Source: Eledone cirrhosa
Taxonomy: Eukaryota
Direction of reading: 5' to 3'
NCBI GenBank assembly: GCA_964016885.1
Contig: OZ024743.1
Span: 29,760,001 to 29,824,000, forward strand
Length of the DNA: 64,000 nt
Made by a program: the position numbers and the translations under genes. The notes under the pieces were generated by a model. The model did not search any database and was not told the origin of the DNA. It worked only from the letters and a program-made list of their open reading frames with translations. Of the stretch, positions 16,271 through 28,475 are shown one piece after another (position 1 is the stretch's first letter; each line of letters starts with the position of its first letter).

Positions 16271-19200
16271 GCACCTATACTCTCTCCTAAATACCTAATT
16301 ACAGAAATTGCAGGAGAACCAGAAGAAGAAACAAAACTCCGATGGGAACTTACATTGATGAAATTCAGGACCGACATCTCCATTACTCAATGTAAACAAT
16401 CCCGCTGCAAAGCCAAATACGAAGCTATCGATGACCAAATTGAAGTCGAAATTTCGAAACTAACGACTGATAATATAGCTGAAAAACTACGAGAACTATG
16501 GATCAGAGATATCTCAAAAGAAGAAAGCAAATCAAGAAAATTATGGCAACAGAAACAATTATTTCTCGACGAATATGCTGCAAATTACGGTAAAAACTCT
16601 GGAACTCTGAGAAAAGGCATTAAAAGTGGACAATCTCGCCAACACAACATTCACCAGAACACGTGGCAACACAAACACTCACCTTACCTTGAATCAAAGA
16701 AGTACTACGGTAAGAACTCTTCGCTTTTTCTACAAAAACACCCTAACGCACACAACATGAACAAAAAAGCACAAACACGATAGATATTCCTTTGACCAGA
16801 CCATGAGAAGTAGTAAAACCAGGGGATCATTCTCAAGATGTACACAGAGACTACCCACAAGGAAGGGGGAAAACCGTAGAATAAACAGATCACTCTCAAG
16901 ATCTAAACAGAGATTACCCACAAGGAACTGGGGGAAAAAAACGATCTAAACCTGAGAGCAAACCTAGGTCATTTTCCCAGATTGTTAAAAATAGTACTAA
17001 CAAGAAATGGAAAAATAATATACATAATACCAAAAATAGGACAAAAAAACATAACGAAACCAAATATAATATCACGACCAAATGTTCATCAAGCAAACAC
17101 CAACAGGAATATAAATCCTGAACAGAGATAAAAAACATTTTTTAACGTCAGGACAACAAAAACCGGAAAAAGAAAATCTCCAGGAGGAAACATACCCAAA
17201 ACAACTGAACATGTAGATCCTAAAATAATTAATTTATCCAAAAAGATTTTGACATTGATGAAATGCAAATTCTGTCAAAAGGACTGAAATTCACACCGAC
17301 TCCAACGGTCAACCACCAAGAACTGAAGGAGGATACCCAAGAATTCTGTCGTAAATTACGACTTGTAGAATTCTTCGCTGATAAAAGTAATGAGAGTTTT
17401 GAATCACTAGTAAAGAATGAATCAAATTTCACTGCACCAAAAGGAAGAAATATCTATCTCGACCAATACAATGATATCTTGTCTAAATTTCCACTTAGAC
17501 GTAATACTAATGTTATGCCAAACATTAACAAATCGGAAATGTCTGCACTTAAACGTATACAAAATGATAAAATAATAATAATTAAACAAGCAGATAAAGG
17601 GGGTGCAATTGTTATAATGGATTCTGAATACTACAAACATTTGGATGAGGAACAACTAAAAGACACAACAGTCTATCATGAAATACCGTCAAATATAGAC
17701 CACAAAATCATGAAGAAGATCAACAACCTGGCTTCAAAATACTACAAATCACTTACTGATAACGAAAGAGATTACATCACCAATTTTGAGCCAAAACCCA
17801 GCATCTGTATGACCTACCGAAAGTTCATAAGTCAAAAGAAATCCAACTATCAGTAAAAGAACAAAACAGTGAGTACATTAAATTACTACCCGAAAGACTT
17901 AAACGTAGCTGGTCCAACATGCCCTACCCACCGTCTAAGCAATTTTGTTGACATTATTTTGAAACCACTATGTTTCATCCGGGATGATATCGACGTCCTG
18001 TCCCATCTTCCCAAAACCACGGAAACGAATTCACTTCTACTTAATTTACACCAACATTAAACATGATTTAGGAATAAAGGCGGTTAAATACTGGGTGGAA
18101 AAACATAGAGAGGTGATTCCCACCAGATTCACAGCGCCATTTATATTAGACGCAGTCAAACTTAATCTGGAAAACAACATTTTCTTCTTCAATGGAAAGA
18201 ATTACATCCAAATTAGAGGCACAGAGATGGGAACGAAGTTTGCTCCCGTTTACGCGAACTCTGTAATGTGATACTTAGAACAATAACTCTACCAAGAAAT
18301 AGAGGAAAAATATAGCACTGAATTTAGAAAGTACATTGAACAGTCTTGGAAGAGATACTTTGACGACTGTTTCATCATCTGGACAGAATTTCTAGATACA
18401 CTGGATGAATTCAATATCCTCCTGAATAACCTACACCCATCTCTCCAATTCACAAAAGAGATGAGTAGTACCAAATTACCATTACTAGATATAATGGTAA
18501 TCAAAAACTACACCACCATTACCACGGATATATACTTTAAACACACAGACACCCATCAATATCTGAATTTTAAGTCGTGCCATCCACCTCATACAAAACG
18601 CAACATCCCATACTGCCTAGCCAGAAGAATTTGTACCATTGTAGAAGATACGAATACCAGGAACAAACGCCTAACAGAATTGAGAGTATTTTTGCTCAAA
18701 CAAAAATACCCATCTCTACTTATAGACAATGGCGTAGAGCGGGCTATAAAAATACCTATACAACAACTTAGGACAATCCAAGGAAGAAGAAACCAAGAAC
18801 TGCTCATACCATTTATAATGACACACAACCCATGTCACCAGAATATCTTCAACACTGCAAAAACCAAACCTACCGATCATTGCTCAAAGTAATGAATTAA
18901 AAGGTTTAATCACAGACCGATCTTTGACTCTTAGTAAAAGACAGCCGAAAAATTTGAAGCAATTACTAATAAAGGCAAAGATTGATCTTAACAACAAAGA
19001 CCAATCATTCCCTGTATCTAAATGCAATGATAGTCGATGAGGCCCATGTCAATCCATACACGCTGGCCAATATATGAACACAAAAACTGGAATAATATTC
19101 CCAAATGCAAATATGAACTGCAAAAGCAGAAATCAAATTTACAGCATTAAATGCCCGAATTATGAATATGTCGGTCAAACTGGAAATGCACTATCGGTAC

Positions 19201-19802
19201 GTGCACGGGTGCATCGACAGCAAATCAGAGATCCAAATGTCAGTCAGATACCCCTGAGTAACCATCTAGCAACATGTGGTCAGAAAATATTTATAACATT
19301 TCCATTCTACAAATTACACAGCCCAAGTGAAATCAAGAGAAAAATTAAAGAAAATTATTTTATTTATAAATTCCAACCCAAGCTAAATGAACAATAATAA
19401 TGCATAGAGGTATTGCTCCTACTATGACTTCGCCTACGACCATGTAAACTACCACCACTAACGACAACAACAACAATAATAATAATACAAGTGATGTTGA
19501 TGGTGATGATTACTGAAGATTTTTTCATAAGACACACTAGAAAATGCTATTTCATCATTTCTAAAAATAGTAAAACAATTGATGCTTTGGATAGGGTCAA
19601 ATAGCAGTCGTTAGACATGCCCAACCAACCATGACGCCTAAATCAATAAGATTTAGTAATCTAGTGAAACTACACATCGATTGGTCGAAATACAGTTTGC
19701 AAAACTTAGCATTCTGTAGCCCCTTTTTACTGTATATAAGGCACAGAATTTACCCATCTCATTACAGTTGAAAATTGCAAACTTGGCTGTCACCACTGAA
19801 TA

Positions 19803-19841
19803 TGAACCTGAAGATTACGAAAGCATGAAAGTACTTGTTCA
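19803..19841 (+). ncRNA. Minimal hammerhead ribozyme motif in PLE pLTR
   Basis: TGAAC-CTGAAGA-TTACGAAAGCAT-GAAA-GTAC-TT-GTTCA. The palindromic stem III is typical of PLE minimal hammerheads. Confidence 0.65.
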
Positions 19842-19995
19842 ATTAACACTTAACATTTAATATTATACCATATTATTTCATTATCATATCATTATAATTT
19901 TAAAGGATTGTAAATAAAACGAGTAAATCAGACAAAGTTGAAATTCCTTTTATTAATATAATCTTCTATACACAATCATACACACCCGTGTATGT

Positions 19996-20041
<46 letters not shown>

Positions 20042-21214
20042 CTTGTGTTTTATCGTCTGTGTAAATGAGGTGATTAATCTCATTTGTATATAAAGCTGTA
20101 TAAGTTGGCTCAACTTATATTAGAATAGAATTCGAATTTAGCTTCGAGCTTCGATATATTAGTAAAACATACCCCATACTCTAATAACAGGCATTGAATG
20201 CCTATTATTCTAATGTGTATACGTTTTAAATACACATGTATTTTGGAACACCTATGACTATGAATATATATATGAACACACACGCACAGACACACAGACA
20301 CGCATCAGTGTGTGTATGTATATGTGCATCTGTAGGTGTGTATAATACGTATCTGTACGTTAGGATGTAGTGAACAGATACAGATGCATCCACATTACAC
20401 ATCTTAGTTAATCTAAACACGAGATATATTTCACTAAACGTCCTTTACAAGAAATTCAAAATTGATAAAAAAATAACGAACCAGATGAATCCCGTTATAT
20501 ATCATACAAAGCAGATGTACGTTATATGTCTAATAGACAATAATTATGTTATGATGTGTATGAGATCACATCATAGCGCTAGGAAATGAATGACTGAGTT
20601 TCATGGCATGATTGTCTATATAGTTCACACTCAATATAAGTCGTGATAAAATGAAGGTTAAAAAAATGTATGGTAAAAACCTGATATACATCTAAAGAAC
20701 AAAGTCTTATCCTACTATGGCTGTCTAAAACATCAACGCTTCTTAACTGAGTAAGATATGCAATGACAATAATCAATTCAAACGCGGAACAATATCTGTG
20801 CAGAATGAATACAAATCTGCTACAAAGTGAACATAGCAAAAAAAATAAAGTAGTGCTCTTAGGCACTGCCCAATATTAATTAGATTAATTTAATTAATTT
20901 TAGTTAATTCTAAAAAAAAAACAATTGTTATTTGTATAAAATACAGCGCAATAAACATACACACACACACTCACAGACATATACATAAACATATATGAAT
21001 TGACAGAGTCATTAGAGTGTTATATACTGCTGAGGTCGGCTTTGTTGCTGTGTTCATTTGGTTCTCGATAAATAAAGTTCAACGCTAGGTAGTGGATTGC
21101 ATAATTGCCTCCACATAAACGCAGTCTCTCGTATCCTCCCCCAGAACACGCACATACTCTCTCGCTACCCCTCTCTATATACATGCGTATGAATATATAC
21201 TTGTATATAGTTTA

Positions 21215-21445
21215 AAGTCTATCTCGCGCGTGGATGCTCATCAGGCCGGTCCTACCCCGGTTTCCATGGCATTAAGCGACTGAGAGTACAATAAACCACC
21301 CTGGACAGGACTCCAGTCTACCACAGGTTTAAAGGCCCAACTATTGCCGGTACTCATTTTCACATTTTCAGTGGAGTACACTGAAACAAGATGAAATGAA
21401 GTATTTCGCTCAAGAACACAATACACAACCCAGTCCAGTAATTGA

Positions 21446-21450
<5 letters not shown>
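21215..21450 (-). mobile_element. SINE with CORE-like and V/Meta-like central domains
   Basis: Minus strand reads TTGTGTTCTTGAGCGAAATACTT...GAGTACCGGC...CCTGTGGTAGACTGGAGTCCTGTCCAGGG...GTCGCTTAATGCCATGGAAACCGG. Confidence 0.65.
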
Positions 21451-21540
<90 letters not shown>

Positions 21541-21904
21541 CGCGCTATGTGTTTGTGAGTTCCACTTTAATATTATTTATTAAAGAAGTTCGATATTTTT
21601 TCATTATTGGGAAAATAAAAACCAAATATTAAAATATATATATAGCAGACTTAAAAATATATGAAAAACATATTCTGGCATCTGGTGATAACAATTTTAT
21701 TGGTCACATCAAGGCTTCCATGATATGTCGATGTTTATGTCAACTGGCAACTACGATGCACTTGTCATATAATTTCACAAAGAAGTTGACAGCGTGATGG
21801 TTTTCAAACGTTTAATCAATTAAGGAACATTAGTGTTCCAAACCGTTGAAAACATGTCCTCGTATGTAGCCGTGTCTTTAATATAATTTATGTGATGCAT
21901 GTGC

Positions 21905-21962
<58 letters not shown>

Positions 21963-21967
21963 CTATC

Positions 21968-22023
<56 letters not shown>

Positions 22024-22044
22024 TTTGTTTGTTTCTGTCTGTAC

Positions 22045-22086
<42 letters not shown>

Positions 22087-22275
22087 ACGGAAAAAGAGAC
22101 GATTATTAGGAAGAAAAATATATTTTTTTCCTTTTTTGTTTCTCTCTCTCTCTTTTCTGTGTTAGAAAATGATTAAAACGAAATGTTTTACTTTGTGTGA
22201 AGTGTTAAGGTATTAGTTGATTGATTTATTATTTAACAATGGCATTTATTTATCGATTTATATATTTATTAATTG

Positions 22276-22319
22276 TCTATTACCGGTTTCAGCATTTCTA
22301 TGCATTATCAAACGATAGT
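22276..22319 (-). ncRNA. Variant minimal hammerhead motif (C3U/G8A core)
   Basis: Minus strand: TTGATAA-T-GCAT-AGAA-ATGC-T-GAAA-CCGG-TA, with a weak stem I (CTAT/ATAG). Confidence 0.5.
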
Positions 22320-23249
22320 GAAATGTATTAGTGTGGTGTCGCACATGTTAAACAGAAGGTGCAGAAAGAATAATGTTATTTACAAACAAGGTTTATGAAG
22401 TGAAAAGAAAAAAGAAAAAGGAAAAAAAAACGTACATAATGTAGAGCATAAAAAGTCAATGTGGAAGAAAATATAATGTTATTTACAGGCATAGTTATTG
22501 AAGTTAAGCAGATCAAAATGTGTTAATATAGCAAGAGTGCTTAGTTGATCCATGATTCCATGATGGAGGCAAATGGTGGACTGAGGTTTGATATGATTTC
22601 CCTTTTTAGAGAGTTAATATGCAGGGGGAAGCAATTCTTGTTGGATGATATTTAATTTATCCTAAACGGACGGTAGTCCGTTTAGTAATATTGTTATGGT
22701 CGTGTTTTCGTTGGCAATCGTCTGTTTACGACAGTACAGCGCGGCTCTACTTTATTTAACTGAGATAAAACTTATATGAGCATGAACAATAGATCATTAC
22801 GCATCTTTTGGCTTAAAAATCTGGAAATTTGGTCCAACGGGAAAAAGTTTATAATCAAAGTTTGCTGATAAATCTTGTGTTCAAGTGAGTGAGTAGTAAG
22901 CGTGGCGCTGTGTGCATTTGATGCATCTATGAGAATCGGCCCGAGATAACAAGGGGAGGTAATTACGAATTTCTCTCTCTCTACGGGGTCATCCAGAAAT
23001 GACGAATTTTTTTCGGCGGAACTCTTGTGATTGTGATTACGTTAGTCAAATGTAGTCAAATCGCCGAATCCCCTCCTCCTAATTGACTACGTTATTACTT
23101 CACTTTTCACTGCAAAAATGCTTTTTAAATACTTCGTTAAAAATTTATGTTTATTATCAAAGCTATTTTCTGTACCAATCTATCAATAGTTTGCGAAAAT
23201 ATAGGTAAACATGTGAGTTAAATTTTTTTTAATCGCATCGATCGCTTTG

Positions 23250-23800
23250 TCGTACCGACTGTGACACTGTCTGACTGTTTGCCTGACTGAGACCTTTGTC
23301 GGACCGACACCTTTGTTCAAGCGGACAACTTTGTGTCACTGACACCTTTGTTCGTGCCGGCATCTCTGCGAAACACCGATGACAACAACCAGACCAAAAT
23401 TTCACTTCATAAACATTTATATGTATGTCTAATGGAGTTACACATCTTTACTGGCAATTCTTCACTATTAAATTTCTTGGTCACAACTTGGACTTGGGGG
23501 GGGATTTTAAAAATAAATATGAACAGTCAAATCAGGTGAAACAAAACAAGCAACAAGCAAGCCACATCATAAGCAAACAAATCATATACGTGCGAAAAAT
23601 TGTAAAAAATGCACATAAAATTTGTAATTAATCCCCTGAAAAATTCATGTGAAAAATCAAAAATATATGGCGCGCGTGAAAAAGATCCCCAAACAAGTTT
23701 GCATGTGAAAATTGACAAAAATGCTGTGTGAAAAAATCAAAAAAACCTCAAAAAAACTTGCATGTGAAAATTGACATTTGCTTTGTATTGTGTAAAATTT
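23250..23800. repeat. Short interspersed direct repeats (GACACCTTTGT-like; CATGTGAAAA-like)
   Basis: About 4 copies of ACC/ACTTTGT at 23290-23352 and about 5 of (CAT)GTGAAAA at 23590-23770. They resemble subterminal repeats of DNA transposons. Confidence 0.55.
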
Positions 23801-24310
23801 GTCACATTTATTGTCATGTCTAATTAAAATGTAATTTTCAACTAAATGCAAATGGTGTAATTGCACCATTTAGATTCAGTTGTTAATGCTCACCTACTAA
23901 ATATTATCTAATATATTTCAAGTTGTATTTTTAACTAAATTCATTTATCATAGTCTAATATTTTAAGAATAGGTGAGTGCTCCACGATGATGACCCATGT
24001 CCTCGCCATGTGGAGTGGATGCTTAGGAGCCATCCAGATATCATGTGACCATTTTTGGTTCGCGGTGTCCACATGATATCTGGATGGCCCTTTATACTAA
24101 TTAGTCATTTATCTGCATAAAAATTATGCCAGATCATTCTGATTATTGGCTTGAAATCTTTTACAAAATTAGTATGAGCAACTAAGAGGCCATCAATAGA
24201 AATATAATTCATTTTTGAAGTTTTCATGCACAGCAATTTTTGGGGATCTTAAATAAAAGTTAATATCATAATTCTTATTTTGTATACCCACATTGCAGAT
24301 ACAGAGAAAC

Positions 24311-25703
24311 ATGACAATCCTATATAAAGGTCGTAGACAGCAGTATCAGTTTTTATCCAATATGAGCAAATTAAACAGTCCACTGAATTTATTGGAATGT
24401 TCATTCATCACAGTTGAACATGCTTATAAGTACATCAAGACCCTATTTTATGGAAAAAAATGACCAACTCTGCCACATTTTGGCAGAAACAGACCCATTT
24501 AAGTAAACATATCCCATACATATTGGATTAAAGTTTACAATGCTATTTTTTTATAGATTGTCAACTTTCGGCAAAGAGAGAGATTTCAAATGGGAATCAA
24601 TCCAGTTTGATCTCATGGTGGTACTGTTGTCAATGAAATTCGAAAATGATCCTCTACTGGCATCAAAACTTCGTGACACGTGGACTGTATGTACATGTGA
24701 CTAGGGTTGCAAACGTTTTTTTTTTTACCATTAAAAAAACAGTAAAAAACGGTTAAAAAATCGTTTTTACCAGACTTGAAAAAGTTTCCAAAATCAGTTA
24801 CAAACGGTTTTTTTACCATTAAAAACCAGTAAAAAACGGTAAAAAAAACGTTTTTTGAAGGAAAAACCATTTGAATCTAGCTCATTTCTTGAATATTTGT
24901 AGCAACAATTGGTCGAGGACACCCCATAATCCAATTTGGGGGCGAGGATTTAATGGGAATGGTACAAATCTCCATGGCCGTTGTTTAACGGTCGTCCGTG
25001 CACTTTTGAATAAAAATCACCCACAATTCAAGTATATTGTGGGTGATTTAATAATTAGAAATGTGGCGAAATCGAATGACCAGAAGGTAGGAAAATATTA
25101 ATTCAAATGTATTTACTTATCATACCAACAAAAAATACTGAGATATTTTGTATACCTGGGGCCCGTCAGGGGCAGGTAATGTTAATCGCCAACATTGTTA
25201 TCTGTTGTCCTTTTGTGAAAGTATTGGTGGTTAATGTCGGCTCTAATGATCTGAATCCTCGTCGCACCGTGGGCACTACAAAGCTGTGCAAAGTAATACA
25301 ACAATTTTTGCCCAAGTATTTTTTATTAATCATTTATTTGTAAATTAAGGACAAAGTGCCCATTCGAGGTACAAAACCGGAGAAACAGGGGAAGAGTCTC
25401 TTTGCAAGGCTACAGAACATAGCGGAAAAGCACCACTGTACACCCATTTTCTACAGTGGTGTCATTCCACGTCCACAAAGTGTAATTGAAAATAAAAATG
25501 ACTTGGGCAAGAGAAGTTCTCGTTTGGAAAAGTTTAATTACTGCATGAAAGAAATGATTCAAAAATTGAACTTGCCCAATCTTCGCAACATTGAAAATTG
25601 GTCAAAATTTGACAAATCTGACTTCAAACCAGACATGATTCATTTGAACAATGTTGGAAATCTTAAATTGACACAAATTTTTGCCAATGTTTTTGCCACC
25701 TGA
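24311..25703 (+). pseudogene. Spliced NADAR (YbiA-like) + SGNH/GDSL hydrolase fusion gene, about 335 aa, with two single-base homopolymer frameshifts
   Basis: Exons 24311-24502, 24557-24686, 24903-25086, 25143-25292, 25350-25703, with GT-AG introns of 54, 216, 56 and 57 nt. NADAR motifs: YQFLSNM, FITVEHAYKYIK, W..IQFDLM..LL.MKF.NDP.L...L.DT, LVEDT.NPIWGRG.NG.G.NLHG..L..VR. SGNH motifs: IVGD(L)IIR, CIPGA, VNVGSND, YSGVIPR, DMIHLN..G. AATAAA at 25741. Confidence 0.8.
24702..24879. mobile_element. Possible hAT-like MITE inside intron 2 of the NADAR-SGNH gene
   Basis: Begins TAGGGTTGCAAA. Internal duplicated block TTTTACCATTAAAAA.CAGTAAAAAACGGT. Right end degenerate and no clear TSD. It explains why this intron is about 4x longer than its neighbours. 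Confidence 0.45.
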
Positions 25704-25883
25704 TCCTTGTTCTATGGCTGACTGACTAATTTTGTGACTTAATAAAATGTCATCATACTAGTAATGCACAATGGTCATTTATAAATTTAAATTTTATTAA
25801 ATAGTTGTTGCTTGCATTGCCTTAAAATAGTAACAAGAATGTACACATACTTTTTTTAAATACATCATTATCAGTCAAATCAG

Positions 25884-26243
25884 TCAAATGTCACTAAAAG
25901 CCAGGTGGTCGATAACAACTTCTATAAGATTAGTTACATGCTCACACATTGGATCACCTCTCATCAATGGCATTGGGTGTCTGTCATAATCGTGGAGATA
26001 ACTGATGAAGTCACAAATGAAGTGATGGTCTTCCAGTGTAAACAACTCCCTATATCCATTGATATATGTGATGGCTTCCGATTCATAGGTGCATTTTATG
26101 AGGAATTCCATGCATCCGATTTTCAGTGATTCAATGGACATTTTATCAGAGATGATAAGGTATTTGACCCCGTTTTGCTTTGTAAGTAAATTGGAGAGAA
26201 TCACTGCAGTCAAAGTCATTTCTTTGCATGGGTTTTTGTCCAT
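25884..26243 (-). CDS. Small protein of unknown function (119 aa), convergent with the NADAR-SGNH gene
   Basis: Open ATG-to-stop ORF of normal complexity in AT-rich DNA. A 43-nt GTAAGT...TTTTTAG intron (26287-26245) ends 1 nt before the ATG. AATAAA on the minus strand at about 25793-25798. Confidence 0.55.
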   Translation of the reverse strand: MDKNPCKEMTLTAVILSNLLTKQNGVKYLIISDKMSIESLKIGCMEFLIKCTYESEAITYINGYRELFTLEDHHFICDFISYLHDYDRHPMPLMRGDPMCEHVTNLIEVVIDHLAFSDI

Positions 26244-26516
26244 TCTAAAAAGTTAAAATGATAAAGTATTACTACTATATAACTTACATCTATTGTTGTA
26301 ACACCATTGAAATGCACAAGTTTCACCAATTCACTATTATGCACTAATCATCTCAAATGCATTCATGATTTACTAGCTTTGTCATTAAGCCAGTTGCCTC
26401 AACTAGATTACAATTATACTCAAAAGAACTTTAAAATGTCAATCACTTGTCAGTAATTCACTATGATCATTTAATTATTAGATAGTTGTTGCTTGCATTG
26501 CCTTAAAAAATAGTAG

Positions 26517-27643
26517 ACCAGATAGAAAAATGCGTACAGCATAAAAAAGTAATATTGTTGGAATATAAACCTTTAAAAATAGAGGACAAGAAACTAAAAT
26601 AAAACTTTAAAAAATAGGACAAGAAACTAAGATAAAACTTTAAAAGAATAGGACAAGAAACTAAGATAAAACTTTAAAGAATTGGACAAGAAATAAAAAA
26701 TTTTACAATAATATTAGTGGCAAAATCTTGTTTGGTAAAAAATCAAGTTCCACATTCATAGGCTCTGGGTTCAACATTCAGAGGTCGTCGTCAGACCGGG
26801 AGGATCATTTGATCCTGGTTTGAACACCAATTGGGCCATAACCATAGCCCTATTTCATTATTCGGCGACACGCCTCATGTGTCATGCATAATGTGAATGG
26901 ACCCATGGGCCCATGAGCACAGATCTTGAGCAGCAGCGGACGGTCTTGTCGTCCCGCTCATCCTTGATCTTGACCAACCCGTCCATCTTCTCCTTGCATC
27001 TTGTCCTTGAGTTCAAGTCTGGCAGTCCAGATGAATGCGCGCCACAGCTTTCTGGTACAGGAAAGGGAGCAGGAGGGCTGGAGGGATGACGGGACAGAGG
27101 GAGGGAGGACCGGTGGTTGAGGGAGGTGCCGTAGTCGGTGGTCAGAGTCGACATCTTGTCCCGGTCGTCTTCTCCATCTTCGTCTGGTGTTGCGGGACCA
27201 GGAGTGCATTCTTGGAGGAGACCTGCAGCTGCATCGGCCAATTCTTCTTGCAATGGTCATTCTGACGGAGCAGAACTGCTCAGCCAACCAACCCCAACGA
27301 GAAACAACCGCTCAGGGGCAACGCACAATGAGAGCATGACAATTATTATGCACTAATGAAGAAGATACTGGGGCATAGCACAGGAAACGAATAAAAAAAT
27401 GTTGCCACTAATATTATTGTAAAATGTTTTATTTCTTGTCCAATTCTTTAAAGTTTTATCTTAGTTTCTTGTCCTATTCTTTTAAAGTTTTATCTTAGTT
27501 TCTTGTCCTATTCTTTTAAAGTTTTATCTTAGTTTCTTGTCCTATTCTTTTAAAGTTTTATTTTAGTTTCTTGTCCTGTATTTTTAAAGGTTTATATTCC
27601 AACAATATTACTTTTTTTTGCTGTACGCATTTTTCTATCTGGT
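26517..27643. repeat. About 210-240-bp inverted repeat containing 33-34-bp tandem units, enclosing a GC-rich 680-bp core
   Basis: Arms at 26517-26723 and 27402-27643. Unit AGGACAAGAAACTAAGATAAAACTTTAAAAGAAT, 3 full copies on the left and 4 on the right. Confidence 0.85.
26882..27253 (-). CDS. Putative ORF of unknown function within the inverted repeat
   Basis: 123-aa ORF in a GC-rich island (non-ATG start in the track; frame uncertain). It has the same upstream motif as the 25884-26243 ORF. Confidence 0.3.
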   Translation of the reverse strand: MQEELADAAAGLLQECTPGPATPDEDGEDDRDKMSTLTTDYGTSLNHRSSLPLSRHPSSPPAPFPVPESCGAHSSGLPDLNSRTRCKEKMDGLVKIKDERDDKTVRCCSRSVLMGPWVHSHYA

Positions 27644-27656
27644 TTATATATATATA

Positions 27657-27986
<330 letters not shown>

Positions 27987-28141
27987 TACGTTATGTTAGA
28001 AATGGTTAGGATTATCCTGAATGCAGTAATGGTTAATTACTACACTAGATAGAGTCGACGTACGATGAGGGGTTACTCAACGTGTTACGAAAGAACAGTT
28101 AAAGAAACTCGGTTTCCGATTCTTCTATATTCCCGAGTGTA

Positions 28142-28407
28142 GATAATGAATGATTATTAAAACAGGCAGACATCATACAAAGGTTATTTATTCTGAGTGT
28201 TTAGAAATGTTTCTTTAGTAGTTACACTGCCTAGTCAATTTACATATGCAAACAGGTTCTTATTTATTTGCAGATACTCAATTTTCAAATGTTGTTCATC
28301 CTACCAATTCTTCAGAGCGAATGGCTAGATTGTAAATTCCCTTGTATTTCTTAAAAGGGGCTATTGAGTAAGATAGAGTAGAAAAGGAAGAGAGAAAGAA
28401 AGGGAGT

Positions 28408-28475
<68 letters not shown>

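Larger units (their letters stand above)
15400..19992 (+). mobile_element. Penelope-like element (Neptune-type, RT + C-terminal GIY-YIG), decayed
   Basis: Motifs LSKGLKF, ADKGGAIVIMD, GTEMGTKFAPVYAN, WKRYFDDCF, TDTHQYLNFKSCHP, linker C-x4-(TGA)-x2-C, and IYSIKC...YVGQT...RARVH. Multiple frameshifts and stops. 3' pLTR at about 19400-19992. Confidence 0.9.

Noticed and set aside
19625-19685. SECIS element (ATGAC...CTAAATC/GATTTAG)
   Set aside because: It lacks the 3' GA of the quartet at the right spacing and fits a decayed hammerhead equally well.
24321-24350. TATATAAA + TCAGT as a core promoter
   Set aside because: It lies inside the NADAR reading frame (LYK...YQF), downstream of the ATG at 24311.
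26584-27580. 33-34-bp repeats as a CRISPR array
   Set aside because: Units are head-to-tail with no unique spacers, there are no cas genes, and the context is eukaryotic.
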